Source of the DNA: Chloroflexota bacterium
GTDB taxonomy: Bacteria > Chloroflexota > Dehalococcoidia > Lucifugimonadales > Australimonadaceae
NCBI GenBank assembly: GCA_027618515.1
Contig: JAQCEV010000026.1
Span: 1 to 31,441 of the forward strand
DNA length: 31,441 bases
Reading direction: 5' to 3'
Every line of letters begins with the position of its first letter. The stretch's first letter is position 1. Both the position numbers and the translations under genes were made by a program. Under the pieces are notes generated by a model. The model searched no databases, had not been told where the DNA came from, and saw only the letters and a list, made by a program, of their open reading frames with translations. Positions 7,154 to 16,064 of this stretch are shown piece after piece.

Positions 7154-8812
7154 CTAGAGGAGGACGCCATCGTCGTGGCGGAGCATGTGCTTGCGGAGCA
7201 GGGGCACGGGCGGGCCGCCGTGGCTGATGAGGTCGTCGTGGAAGGCTTTGAGCGAGTAGGCAGAGCCTTGCTCAGCCTGCCAGTCGGCGCGCAGTTTGTA
7301 GATGAGCATCTTGCCCAGCGTGTAGTTGAGGTAGCCGGGGTCGAAGGTGCCCCTGATGGCTTCGGTCTTGGCGGGGAGTTCCTCCATGAACGCCTGCTCT
7401 TGGAAGAACTTCTCGGACTCGGCGAGCGTCTGGCCCTGGGTGTGCATGCGCAATGAGCAGAGCAAACGACACACCCGCACGAGCGCTTCCTGCGCCATCG
7501 CTAGTTGGAGCTTGGGGTCGCCGTCGCCGTAACCTGCTTCGAGGAACATCTCCTCGCAATAGTGGGCCCAGCCCTCCCAGAACGAGTACGCGCCAAACAC
7601 CTTCGAGATAGCCGATGGCGCCTTGGCGTGTCGCAGGAAGTGCACGTAGTGCCCTGGGTAGGCCTCGTGGATGGAGATGATCTTGAGCGTGGCATAGCCG
7701 AAGTTGGAGAGCCATTCCTCCGACTGCTCCGGCGTCCAGTGCTTCTCCACCGGCGTCACGTAGTAGAACGACTCGGTCGCGACTTCCTCGAACGGGCCTG
7801 GGCCGTCCATCGCAGCAAACGCCCAGCGCATGAATGCGGGCGTCTCCCGAACTTGCGCGCGCACGCCTGAGATCACCGACGCGATGTCGTGGTCTATGGT
7901 GAAGCTGCGGATCTCCTCCAGCATCTCGCGGGTCTCGTCGATCAGCTTGTCGGCTGCTGGATGGTCTTTGGTCACGACTGCGATCGCCTCAGCCAGGGGC
8001 TTGCCTGGCGCGATGCGTTCCGCCGCCTCACGGACGGACGCCTGGTGACGCCGGAGTTCGCTCCCACCTGCGGCCTCGATCTGCGCCAGGGGGATGTCGA
8101 CCATCTCGCCTAGGCTCAGCATCGTCGCGTAGCGCTCGGCGCCCATGGCGAAGTCGTCGTTGGCAGTCGACTGATGCGAGCGTAGGTAGGCGACCATATC
8201 GTCGATCGCCTCGGCAGCTTCCTCGGCTGCTTTGATGACGTCGAGGCCGTCGGTGAGTCCCAGGTTGGCTTCAGCGAACTCGGCCACGTCGCCACGGTAG
8301 TAGCTGGCAACGCCGGAGTACGCCTCGATGGCCTGATGCAGCACGGGCTTGGCGAAGGGAGGCTCTAGCAATGCGCGAGCCGAATCGAGGTACGCGGGCA
8401 CGGCGCGCATGAGGTTGGCCATGGAGGCCATGCGTTGCTCCACTGGCGCGTAACTTCGATCCATGTAAGCGGTCGCCTCCAAGGGCCACATCAGCGCCAT
8501 GGGGTCGCGGGTGAACGAGCGATTCTCGGACAGTTCCCAGATCTCGCTGCGCAGTCCCAACACCAGCAGGTCACGATCGAACTGCTCCTGGGGCGCGAGG
8601 CCGTCGGGGGCGATCGCCTCGGCATCGGCGAGCGCCGCGCGCAGCTCGGTGAGGCGCGACTCGATGGACGTTCGCGTTACGGGTGGCAGTTGGCCGTCGT
8701 AGGCGTGGATACCGGAGGAAGCCGCCTCAGGCGGCGAAGACTTCCAGCGCTCGTCGAGCACTCGCTCAGCCAGCGTCGCAAGTCGTGCGGAGGAATCGTT
8801 TGGCGTAGTCAT
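7154..8812 (-). CDS. DUF885-family protein (putative metallopeptidase-like)
   Basis: 552 aa. Contains HEAYPGHYVHF, which matches the conserved HExxPGHHxQ-type motif of DUF885. Size is typical of the family (550-600 aa). Confidence 0.65.
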   Translation of the reverse strand: MTTPNDSSARLATLAERVLDERWKSSPPEAASSGIHAYDGQLPPVTRTSIESRLTELRAALADAEAIAPDGLAPQEQFDRDLLVLGLRSEIWELSENRSFTRDPMALMWPLEATAYMDRSYAPVEQRMASMANLMRAVPAYLDSARALLEPPFAKPVLHQAIEAYSGVASYYRGDVAEFAEANLGLTDGLDVIKAAEEAAEAIDDMVAYLRSHQSTANDDFAMGAERYATMLSLGEMVDIPLAQIEAAGGSELRRHQASVREAAERIAPGKPLAEAIAVVTKDHPAADKLIDETREMLEEIRSFTIDHDIASVISGVRAQVRETPAFMRWAFAAMDGPGPFEEVATESFYYVTPVEKHWTPEQSEEWLSNFGYATLKIISIHEAYPGHYVHFLRHAKAPSAISKVFGAYSFWEGWAHYCEEMFLEAGYGDGDPKLQLAMAQEALVRVCRLLCSLRMHTQGQTLAESEKFFQEQAFMEELPAKTEAIRGTFDPGYLNYTLGKMLIYKLRADWQAEQGSAYSLKAFHDDLISHGGPPVPLLRKHMLRHDDGVLL

Positions 8813-9209
8813 GCTGCGAGGTTATCGGCCCTGGCGCCACACCGTCTACCCAGAGGCCTTCGTCAGGCCAATCACCACGCCGAGCGCGGAGGACTAGCAC
8901 GCGATCGCGATAGATGGCGACCGGGCCGCACTCCGTCGTGCGAGGACGTAGCTCGCCTAGATGTGGTTCATGTAGTAGACCATGCCGAAAGACAACGTGG
9001 CCGTGAAGATGAGTAGAACGAAGCGTGCCATGGCAAATCCCCCGTGGGGCGCGTAGCCAGCACCCCTGCATACATACCGTAGGCTCACTGCGCAGCCACC
9101 GGAACCAGGCGCGCTTGCATATCGCGTGGGTGCGCGCACCGGTTCGCAGAGCGCTGTACCATGCCCCGCGACCGCACAGCCAAGACACACCCGCCGTAAG
9201 GAACGTAAC

Positions 9210-10007
9210 GTGGATCTAGAGCTCACCGGAAAGATCGCCATCGTGGGCGGTTCAAGCAAAGGGATCGGCTTCGCCGCCGCGCATTCGATAGCACGCGAAG
9301 GTGGCAAGGTCACCATCGTTGCGCGACACGGCGACGAGCTCGAGGCCGCCGCGACGAGGTTACGCGCGCAAGCCAGCGACGACGCGGTGCTCGCGGTCGT
9401 GGGCGATCTGGCCAGCCCCGAGGACATCCAGCGTGTGTTCGACGAGACGGTCGCGCGCTGGGGGCGCGTGGACATCGTGGTGAACAACCTGGGTGGCCCA
9501 CCGCCAGGCGACCTGATGGACTTCACCGATGACCAATGGCAATCGGCGTTCGACCTAAGCTTCTCCAGCGCGATGCGGATGAACAGGCTGGTGCTGCCAG
9601 GGATGATCGAGCGGCAGCATGGGCGGGTCATCGCCGTGCTTTCGAAGACCATCAAGGAGCCCGAAGATCGGCTCGGCCTGTCCACGGTGGCACGCTCAGC
9701 GCTGTCGTCGTACTCCAAGCTGCTGGCCCAGGACGTGGCGGGCAACGGTATCACCGTGAACAACGTGCTCCCTGGCTCGGTCGCCACGGATCGACTGCAA
9801 TCGGTGATCGGCATGCAAGCCAAGGCCAACGATCGCACGGTTGAGGAGCAGGAGGCGTTCAGGCTCGCCAGCGTGCCCGCAGGCCGCTTCGGCGACCCCG
9901 CCGAGCTTGGCGACCTGATCGCGTTCCTCGCATCGGCACGCGCCGGATTCATCACCGCCCAGAACATCGCCGCGGACGGTGGCCAGATAAAGGGCCTCTC
10001 TGCCTAG
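9210..10007 (+). CDS. Short-chain dehydrogenase/reductase (SDR family oxidoreductase)
   Basis: N-terminus LTGKIAIVGGSSKGIGFAAA is the Rossmann TGxxxGxG motif. Also NNLG and catalytic S...YSKLL..K-type region, and PG..ATD. Start GTG 9210 with AAGGA 7 nt upstream. The ORF track's longer N-terminal extension is Arg/Pro-rich. Confidence 0.8.
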   Translation: MDLELTGKIAIVGGSSKGIGFAAAHSIAREGGKVTIVARHGDELEAAATRLRAQASDDAVLAVVGDLASPEDIQRVFDETVARWGRVDIVVNNLGGPPPGDLMDFTDDQWQSAFDLSFSSAMRMNRLVLPGMIERQHGRVIAVLSKTIKEPEDRLGLSTVARSALSSYSKLLAQDVAGNGITVNNVLPGSVATDRLQSVIGMQAKANDRTVEEQEAFRLASVPAGRFGDPAELGDLIAFLASARAGFITAQNIAADGGQIKGLSA

Positions 10008-10032
10008 ACCCGAAGACAATAAGGAGGGCAGC

Positions 10033-11214
10033 ATGGTGCAGCCAGAGCAACTCACGCCGATCGAGCAGGCGGAGCAATTCCTCCAGGCGTCGTCCATCGA
10101 CGCTTGGTTGGTGTACGACTATCAGGGGATGAATCCGGCGCTCGCCGATCTCGTACGGACGTCGGGGTTCCTGACGCGCCCGGCGTTCCTGCTGATCCAC
10201 CCTGGCGACGTCCCCGTGCTGCTCGTCGGGGCGGTCGACGCGGGGCAGATCGCCGATGACGGAGTGTCGGTGCAGCCGTACGTGAGCCTGGTGGACGTGC
10301 ACGCCAAGCTCGGCGCGCTGTTGGCCCCGCTGGCAACCGTTGCGATGGAGTACTCACCCCTACGTCAGTTGCCACGTGCGTCACGGGTGGACGCAGGTAC
10401 GGTGGAGTTGGTGCGATCGCTGGGCGTGGACGTCGTGTCGTCGGCTGAACTATTGCAGTACGCCACGCAACGCTGGACCGACGAGGGCCTGGCTTCGCAT
10501 AGGCGTGCAGTCGACGGCATAAGCGCCATCGTGCTGGACGCATTCACGGAGATCGGCAACCGGCTATCCGTGGGCGTCACCGAGCACGATATCCACGAGT
10601 ACATCATGGGGCGCTTCGCTGACGCTGGCCTGGAGACCGACCACGGGCCAGTGGTCGCGGCGAACAGCCATGCGTCTGATCCGCACTTCGCGCCGACACC
10701 TGAGGCCAGCGTCCGATTCGCGGCGGGCGACTGGGTGCTGATCGACCTGTGGGCGAAGGAACATGGCCCCGACGCCATCTACGCTGACATCACGTGGACG
10801 GCGTATATCGGCGCCACTGTCCCTGACGAACGCCAACGCGTGTTCGACGTGGTCACGGGCGGTCGTGACGCTGCGGCGGAGTTCCTTCGCGAACGCCTAG
10901 CCAGCGGCCAGAACGCCCAGGGCTGGGAGGCCGACGACGTAGCGCGCCGGTACATCGCGGACGCGGGATACGGTGAGTACTTCGTGCATCGGCTGGGGCA
11001 CAGCCTGGGCAACCAGGTCCACGCTGGCGGGGTGAACCTGGACAGCATCGAGACCCACGACACGCGCACGTTCCTGCCTGGGCTCGGCTTCACGATCGAG
11101 CCTGGCGTGTACCTGCCCGAGTTCGGCGTGAGGTCGGAGATCGACCTCTACGTGGGTGTTGCGGGCCTGGAGATCACGACGCCCGTCCAGCACGACGTGG
11201 TGCTGATTGGATAG
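10033..11214 (+). CDS. M24-family metallopeptidase (Xaa-Pro aminopeptidase / creatinase-prolidase fold)
   Basis: Perfect AAGGAGG SD 6 nt upstream of ATG 10033. C-terminal pita-bread motifs FVHRLGHSLG ... GFTIEPGVY. The N-terminal creatinase-like domain is 25 nt downstream of the SDR gene, so probably co-transcribed. Confidence 0.8.
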   Translation: MVQPEQLTPIEQAEQFLQASSIDAWLVYDYQGMNPALADLVRTSGFLTRPAFLLIHPGDVPVLLVGAVDAGQIADDGVSVQPYVSLVDVHAKLGALLAPLATVAMEYSPLRQLPRASRVDAGTVELVRSLGVDVVSSAELLQYATQRWTDEGLASHRRAVDGISAIVLDAFTEIGNRLSVGVTEHDIHEYIMGRFADAGLETDHGPVVAANSHASDPHFAPTPEASVRFAAGDWVLIDLWAKEHGPDAIYADITWTAYIGATVPDERQRVFDVVTGGRDAAAEFLRERLASGQNAQGWEADDVARRYIADAGYGEYFVHRLGHSLGNQVHAGGVNLDSIETHDTRTFLPGLGFTIEPGVYLPEFGVRSEIDLYVGVAGLEITTPVQHDVVLIG

Positions 11215-11270
11215 GCACGTATACTCCCCGGAGCAACAGGCGCTCTGACGCCGTCGCACACGGAGTCTGA

Positions 11271-12569
11271 GTGCCCGTAAGACTTCCCTTCTACTACGGT
11301 TGGTTCGTCGCCCTCGGAGGCGCGGTCAACGCATCATTCGTGTTGGGTAGCGCCCAATTCGCGCTGAGCACGTTCCTCGTCCCAATGGAGGAGGAGTTGG
11401 GCTGGAGCCGAAATATCTTCTTCGGCGCCCTGTCTCTGCGCTTCCTGCTGTCCGGCATGCTCGGGCCGGTCATTGGGCCCCTTGCGGACGGCGTGCGCGC
11501 GCCCCGTTACATGATGCCCATCGGCGTCCTGCTGCTCGGCGGGTCCCTCTCCGCTATACGTTGGGTCGACAGCCCCATCATGTTCTTTTTCCTCTACGGC
11601 TTCGTTGGCGCCATCGCATCAGCCATCCTCCACCTCACCATGTGGGAGGCCATCATCCTCAAGTGGTTCTCCCGCAAACGCACGCGCGCCCTCGTCATCG
11701 GTGGTATCGGGGAGGGCTCCGGCCCTCTGTTCTTCCCTCTACTGGTCACGCTGTTCATCGCCTGGTTCGGCTGGCGCGACGCGTGGCTCTGGTATGGCGT
11801 GGTCACCACCGCCATCCTCCTGCCCATCGCTCTGTTGCTGCGCACGCGACCGGAACAGGTGGGCCAGTTCCTCGACGGCGCTCCTGTCCCCGAGCCAACG
11901 GCAGCCGAGCAGATGGCTGCGGGGCAAGAGCAGACGCGCGCGGCGATACACGGCGACGAAAGCTTCACTCGCCAGGAAGCTATGCGCACGCAAGGCTTCT
12001 GGATGCTGCTCCTGATCTTCACCCTAAGCGGTGTCGTCATCACGGGATTCCAGTCCCATTGGATACCGCACTTCAGGGACATCGGCATCAGCGCGACGTT
12101 GGCGGCCACTGCCGTTTCCGTCTACGGACTACTCAACATCACCAGCCGCGTGCTCTGGGGCATCCTCGTGCCGCGCTTCCCGATCCGGCGCCTGATGATC
12201 GCGCACGCCTTTGCGGCCGGCGCTGGTGTCGCGTTCCTCGTGTTCGTCGTGGACGGCCCGGTCACGCTGTTCATCTGGGCCGTCTACCAGGGCCTCGTGC
12301 TCGGCGTCTTCTTCTCCCTGCACACCATGATCTGCGCCGAATTCTTCGGCAGACCCCACATCGGCTCTATCCGAGGAGCTATGCTGCCGTCCACCAGCCT
12401 CGCGCGTGCAGGCGGGCCGCTGCTCCTCAGCGCACTCCGTGATGCGCGCGGCTCCTACGAGGCGGCGTTCGTCCTCGTCCTCGGCGGTTGGGGGGTCATG
12501 GCCGCGCTGACGTTCTTGTCACGCAAGCCTGCCCCCGCCCACGTCCCTGAGCAGGAATCTACCTCATGA
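11271..12569 (+). CDS. MFS transporter (12 TM), paralog 1
   Basis: 432 aa and hydrophobic throughout. GTG start with GGAG 6 nt upstream. The central cytoplasmic loop is about 50 aa. Stop overlaps the next gene's ATG as ATGA. Confidence 0.8.
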   Translation: MPVRLPFYYGWFVALGGAVNASFVLGSAQFALSTFLVPMEEELGWSRNIFFGALSLRFLLSGMLGPVIGPLADGVRAPRYMMPIGVLLLGGSLSAIRWVDSPIMFFFLYGFVGAIASAILHLTMWEAIILKWFSRKRTRALVIGGIGEGSGPLFFPLLVTLFIAWFGWRDAWLWYGVVTTAILLPIALLLRTRPEQVGQFLDGAPVPEPTAAEQMAAGQEQTRAAIHGDESFTRQEAMRTQGFWMLLLIFTLSGVVITGFQSHWIPHFRDIGISATLAATAVSVYGLLNITSRVLWGILVPRFPIRRLMIAHAFAAGAGVAFLVFVVDGPVTLFIWAVYQGLVLGVFFSLHTMICAEFFGRPHIGSIRGAMLPSTSLARAGGPLLLSALRDARGSYEAAFVLVLGGWGVMAALTFLSRKPAPAHVPEQESTS

Positions 12570-13825
12570 TGCCTCAGCACACATCACTCGCAGGGCGCAC
12601 TCCTTTCTTCTATGGATGGGTCGTCGTCCTGGGCGCCGCGCTGAACGGGTCGTTCGTGCTGGGCAGCGCGCAGTTCGCCCTGGGCGCGTTCCTCGTGCCG
12701 ATGGAAGAGGATCTCGGCTGGAGCAACTCGGTTCTGTTCGGCGCGCTGGCCGTCCGGCAGCTTCTTGGTGGGCTCCTCGGCCCCATCATAGGGCCGCTCG
12801 TCGATGGCCCCACCGCCCCGCGCATCCTCATGCCTCTGGGAGGCCTGCTTCTTGGTTTATCCCTCATGAGCGTCTACTGGGTGCACAGCCCTCTCTGGTT
12901 CTTCCTGACCTACGGGTTCGTTGGCGCGCTCGCCTTCGCCCTTATCAACACCACGATGTGGGATGCGGTCGTGCTGAAATGGTTCGTGCGCAAGCGTGCC
13001 AAAGCCCTCGTCTGGACGAGCTTCGGCGCGGCGTCAGCGTCGATGATCTTCCCGTTGCTCGTCACATTCCTCATCTTGACCGTGGGTTGGCGAGAGGCGT
13101 GGCTCTGGTACGGGATCCTCACCATCGTCGTGCTCGTGCCTGTGGGCCTGTTGGTGCGCTCACGCCCCGAGCGCGAGGGCCTCATCCCCGATGGGGCTGA
13201 GCCTACTGCTGATGAGACCGTGCGTGCTCAGCGATCACCCGCCACTGCCAGCTTCACGCGCGCCACCGCGATGCGTACGCCAGCGTTCTGGCTCGTCGGC
13301 GGGGCGTTCGCGCTGAGCGCGTTCGGGATAAACGCCTTCCAGGCCCACTGGATCCCGTACTTCATCGAGATCGGGTTCAGCGCGAGCATCGCCGCAACAG
13401 CCGTGAGCGTTTATGGCGCGTCCAACGTTGCCAGTCGCGTGCTGTGGGGATGGCTATCGACCCACTACTCGATACGTGCGCTGCTCATCGTGCACACGCT
13501 TTTGGCAGGGATCGGTGTGGGGTTCGCGTTGATGATTCAGAACATGCCCATGTTGTTCGCGTGGGCCATCTGGCACGGGGTGTTCCTGGGGTCGTACAAC
13601 TACCTGCACACGCTACTGAGCGCGGAGTATTTCGGTCGCATGCACATCGGCGCGATCCGGGGGGCGTGGCTCATGCCCGCGTCTGTCATGCGCGCGGGAG
13701 GGCCGTTGGCGCTGGGCGTCTTGCACAACATCCGAGGGACGTACGTGTTGCCGTTCTTGTTCGCGTGGGGGATTTGGGGAGTGATGACCGCAGCGTTGGC
13801 GGCGGCGCGGCGGCCCCGAGCCTGA
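12566..13825 (+). CDS. MFS transporter (12 TM), paralog 2 (tandem duplicate of the upstream gene)
   Basis: The N-terminus RTPFFYGWVVVLGAALNGSFVLGSAQFALGAFLVPMEEDLGWS is colinear with paralog 1 (LPFYYGWFVALGGAVNASFVLGSAQFALSTFLVPMEEELGWS). Roughly half of residues are identical overall. Confidence 0.8.
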   Translation: MMPQHTSLAGRTPFFYGWVVVLGAALNGSFVLGSAQFALGAFLVPMEEDLGWSNSVLFGALAVRQLLGGLLGPIIGPLVDGPTAPRILMPLGGLLLGLSLMSVYWVHSPLWFFLTYGFVGALAFALINTTMWDAVVLKWFVRKRAKALVWTSFGAASASMIFPLLVTFLILTVGWREAWLWYGILTIVVLVPVGLLVRSRPEREGLIPDGAEPTADETVRAQRSPATASFTRATAMRTPAFWLVGGAFALSAFGINAFQAHWIPYFIEIGFSASIAATAVSVYGASNVASRVLWGWLSTHYSIRALLIVHTLLAGIGVGFALMIQNMPMLFAWAIWHGVFLGSYNYLHTLLSAEYFGRMHIGAIRGAWLMPASVMRAGGPLALGVLHNIRGTYVLPFLFAWGIWGVMTAALAAARRPRA

Positions 13826-13827
13826 TT

Positions 13828-13947
13828 GGCAGGCAGGGTGCGCCCTGCACCCACCCGCTGCCACTCGGCGACGGCATCTCGTATCAGCGGCCACGTGGGC
13901 GAGCGTGGGAGTGCCCACCCTGCCCTCTATCGCTGATTGTGCAGGGC
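13828..13947. repeat. Degenerate copy of the gcagggNNNgccctgc-acccaN hairpin motif downstream of the MFS genes
   Basis: gcagggtgcgccctgcacccacccgctgcc at 13831-13860, and a second inverted-repeat ccctgc...gcaggg at 13918-13947. The motif is shared with the 6859-7153 array. Confidence 0.4.
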
Positions 13948-14036
13948 TACCGGTTCAGAATCCGATGAGCCCAACCGTCACGGAACGCTGGTCTCCCTTT
14001 AGTCTGGCGGCCTGACCCACGGGAGACTCCAGCCGC

Positions 14037-14276
14037 TTAGCGTAGGAGCAACTCGGCCCACGCGCTCGTCGTGCTGCTGGCCGCGGCGCGGCGGACATCA
14101 AGGTCGCGTTGCGCGCGCTGCCTGGCGGCTGCACGAAGCGGCTGATCTTTGTGCGCCAAGGCGTGCGTCACTGCCGACAACACCTGTTGAAATGCGAATG
14201 CATGATGCGCCGACTGGTGAGCCGTCTGGCTATTGGTTGTCTCGGACAAAGAAGATACGGGGTTCGCCATGTTCAT
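14037..14276 (-). CDS. Hypothetical small protein (79 aa)
   Basis: ATG 14276 with GAGGAGGA 8 nt upstream. Translation MNMANPVSSLSETTNSQTAHQSAHHAFAFQQVLSAVTHALAHKDQ... No recognisable domain. Confidence 0.3.
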   Translation of the reverse strand: MNMANPVSSLSETTNSQTAHQSAHHAFAFQQVLSAVTHALAHKDQPLRAAARQRAQRDLDVRRAAASSTTSAWAELLLR

Positions 14277-14363
14277 CTTCCTCCTCAGAAGATGATGGCA
14301 CTATCCATTGCGAGCGTCGTGCGTGCCTACCACCAAAAGTCCAGTAAGGAAGCGTGCTTTGCG

Positions 14364-14549
14364 TCAGCTCGCCGCGTCGCTAGAGTCGTCCGAACGCGCC
14401 TGCTCCTCCCGCGCTCGACGTTCGCGTTCGGCGCGCAGCTGACCTGGAGTCATCTCGTCAGCGACTTCCTGCTTCTTCTTGGGCCCAAGACCGAAACGGT
14501 GCATGGTGTCCAACACGCGGGACTTCCAGCCGCCATCTCCCATAAACAT
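14364..14549 (-). CDS. Small conserved basic/acidic protein A (61 aa), paralog of the gene immediately upstream
   Basis: ATG 14549 with TGGAGG 7 nt upstream. Translation MFMGDGGWKSRVLDTMHRFGLGPKKKQEVADEMTPGQLRAERERRAREEQ. It shares the motif G.GDWKSR..D.M.R.G.G.K.K.E.ADEM.P.QLRAERERR with ORF B. Nucleotides have diverged but the protein is conserved. Confidence 0.45.
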   Translation of the reverse strand: MFMGDGGWKSRVLDTMHRFGLGPKKKQEVADEMTPGQLRAERERRAREEQARSDDSSDAAS

Positions 14550-14551
14550 CG

Positions 14552-14752
14552 CTAGCCTCCAGCGCGGCCGCCCGGCCCCTGTCGCTTATCGCGTTCCCGA
14601 CGCTCACGTTCAGCACGTAGCTGCTCTGGCGACATCTCGTCAGCTATCTCGGGCTTCGGCTTGCGTCCCACGCCCATCCGAAACATCAGGTCCTTCGCCC
14701 GTGACTTCCAATCGCCTGGTCCCGATCCAACCACCGTCGCCGCCCAGGTCAT
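14552..14752 (-). CDS. Small conserved protein B (paralog of A). Its 5' part overprints the rmuC 3' end in another frame. Start uncertain (ATG 14752, GTG 14734 or ATG 14686).
   Basis: Translation ...VGSGPGDWKSRAKDLMFRMGVGRKPKPEIADEMSPEQLRAERERRERDKR. Stop TAG 14552-14554 is 2 nt from A's ATG. A's SD lies inside B's last codons. Overlaps the rmuC tail by 47-113 nt depending on the start. Confidence 0.35.
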   Translation of the reverse strand: MTWAATVVGSGPGDWKSRAKDLMFRMGVGRKPKPEIADEMSPEQLRAERERRERDKRQGPGGRAGG

Positions 14753-15785
14753 TGCCGCTGGGGGTCTGGTTCGCAATCGAGTCTACATCGGGTGGCAACC
14801 CCTCCAAGGCAAGCGCCCCCTCGACATCGGCGAGGCCGCGCTCTCGAAGTAACGCGTCCATCTGCGCGAGCGGAGCCTGCAATTTGGTCGCGCGAACGCC
14901 CACCAACTGATCGTACGTGCCGCGCGCTGTCGCCAATTGCTTCCCCAGCGCAGCGAAGCTATCGCTGAAACGTCCCCACTCACCCTCGAAGCGCTTCATG
15001 GCCATGAGCACCTCGTCTGACGCCTGCTGGAACGCGAAGCTCTCCACCGCCTTCCGCACCACCGCCAGCACGCCGAACAGCGTTAGCGGCGAGCACGGGA
15101 TCACGCGCTGCGATAGCGCAGCGTCAACGAAAGTCGCATCGAGCCGGTTGATCTCCGTGTACACGCTCTCGCTGGGTATGAACAGCAGCGCGTAGTCCAC
15201 CGTCCCTGTCGCCGGGTCCGCGTACGAGCGCGAACTCACTTCCTTCACGCGATCACGGACGTCGCGCAGGAACGCCTTCTCGTAGCGATCGCGATCGGCT
15301 TCGCCCGTCGCTTCCACGAGGCGAGCGTAGTTCTCGACGGGAAATTTCACGTCCATGTTGAGCGTGTAGCCCTTGGGGAGAGGAAAGGTGAAATCAGGGC
15401 GGGCACTGCCGCCATCCAGCGACTGTTGCTTGAGGTAGCTCACGCCCTCGATGAACCCTGCGGAGCGGAGGATGTCCTCTGCGGCACGCTCGCCCCACTG
15501 ACCGCGCACGCGGCTGTTGCCCAGCGCGCTCGCCATCGTGTTCGTGCGTGCATCCACGTTGCGTAGAACCGACGAAAGCTCGGAGAACCCAGCCTTGTCT
15601 TCGCCAGCGTTGCGCTGCACGAGGTCGCCCAAGCGACTCACGCTCTCGCGAACAATCGCCAGATCGTTGCGCACCAACTCTGCTTGCAGATCGACAGGCC
15701 CAGACCGCGCACGCACGCGCGCCAGCAGATAACCCACGATCAGGCCAACGACAAGACCGCCGATACCAACGAATAGCATTTCCAT
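14640..15785 (-). CDS. rmuC: DNA recombination protein RmuC
   Basis: N-terminal TM helix MEMLFVGIGGLVVGLIVGYLLA, followed by a long coiled-coil and the RmuC nuclease-like domain (YALLFIPSESVY ... DVKFP). The C-terminal about 45 aa are Gly/Asp-rich low complexity and overlap ORF B. GTG 15812 is an alternative start. Confidence 0.75.
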   Translation of the reverse strand: MEMLFVGIGGLVVGLIVGYLLARVRARSGPVDLQAELVRNDLAIVRESVSRLGDLVQRNAGEDKAGFSELSSVLRNVDARTNTMASALGNSRVRGQWGERAAEDILRSAGFIEGVSYLKQQSLDGGSARPDFTFPLPKGYTLNMDVKFPVENYARLVEATGEADRDRYEKAFLRDVRDRVKEVSSRSYADPATGTVDYALLFIPSESVYTEINRLDATFVDAALSQRVIPCSPLTLFGVLAVVRKAVESFAFQQASDEVLMAMKRFEGEWGRFSDSFAALGKQLATARGTYDQLVGVRATKLQAPLAQMDALLRERGLADVEGALALEGLPPDVDSIANQTPSGNDLGGDGGWIGTRRLEVTGEGPDVSDGRGTQAEARDS

Positions 15786-16064
15786 GGTCGTACGACCATA
15801 CCGACCCACCACCCTGCCGCGCTACCCCTGCTTGTCACAGGAGTAGCGCTTATCAGGGTCAGCGTAGGGGATCTACTCGGTTGAGTCTGTCTTAGACCCA
15901 CGGACCTTGTTCACTACCCACATCAGCCCGATAGCCACAAAAATCTTACGAAGCATGGAGCGACTCCTTGGTGAAACGAACCCTAACTCCTGGCCCAAGC
16001 AACCGCAGTCTAATACGCCGACCCTGCAGAGCGGGAGGTTTCCGCCCGAAGGTACCGTAAACCT

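Noticed and set aside
6847-7456. Short ORFs in both directions across 6847-7456
   Set aside because: Generated by the tandem REP-like repeats. The identical peptides repeat because the DNA repeats.
8957-9967. 336-aa minus-strand ORF
   Set aside because: Antisense to the SDR gene. Ser/Ala/Arg-rich low complexity. Only its last 24 codons (the tiny ORF reported separately) lie outside the SDR.
11561-12442. 293-aa plus-strand ORF and 11594..12109 minus-strand ORF inside the MFS gene
   Set aside because: Arg/His/Pro-rich alternative frames of the MFS coding sequence.
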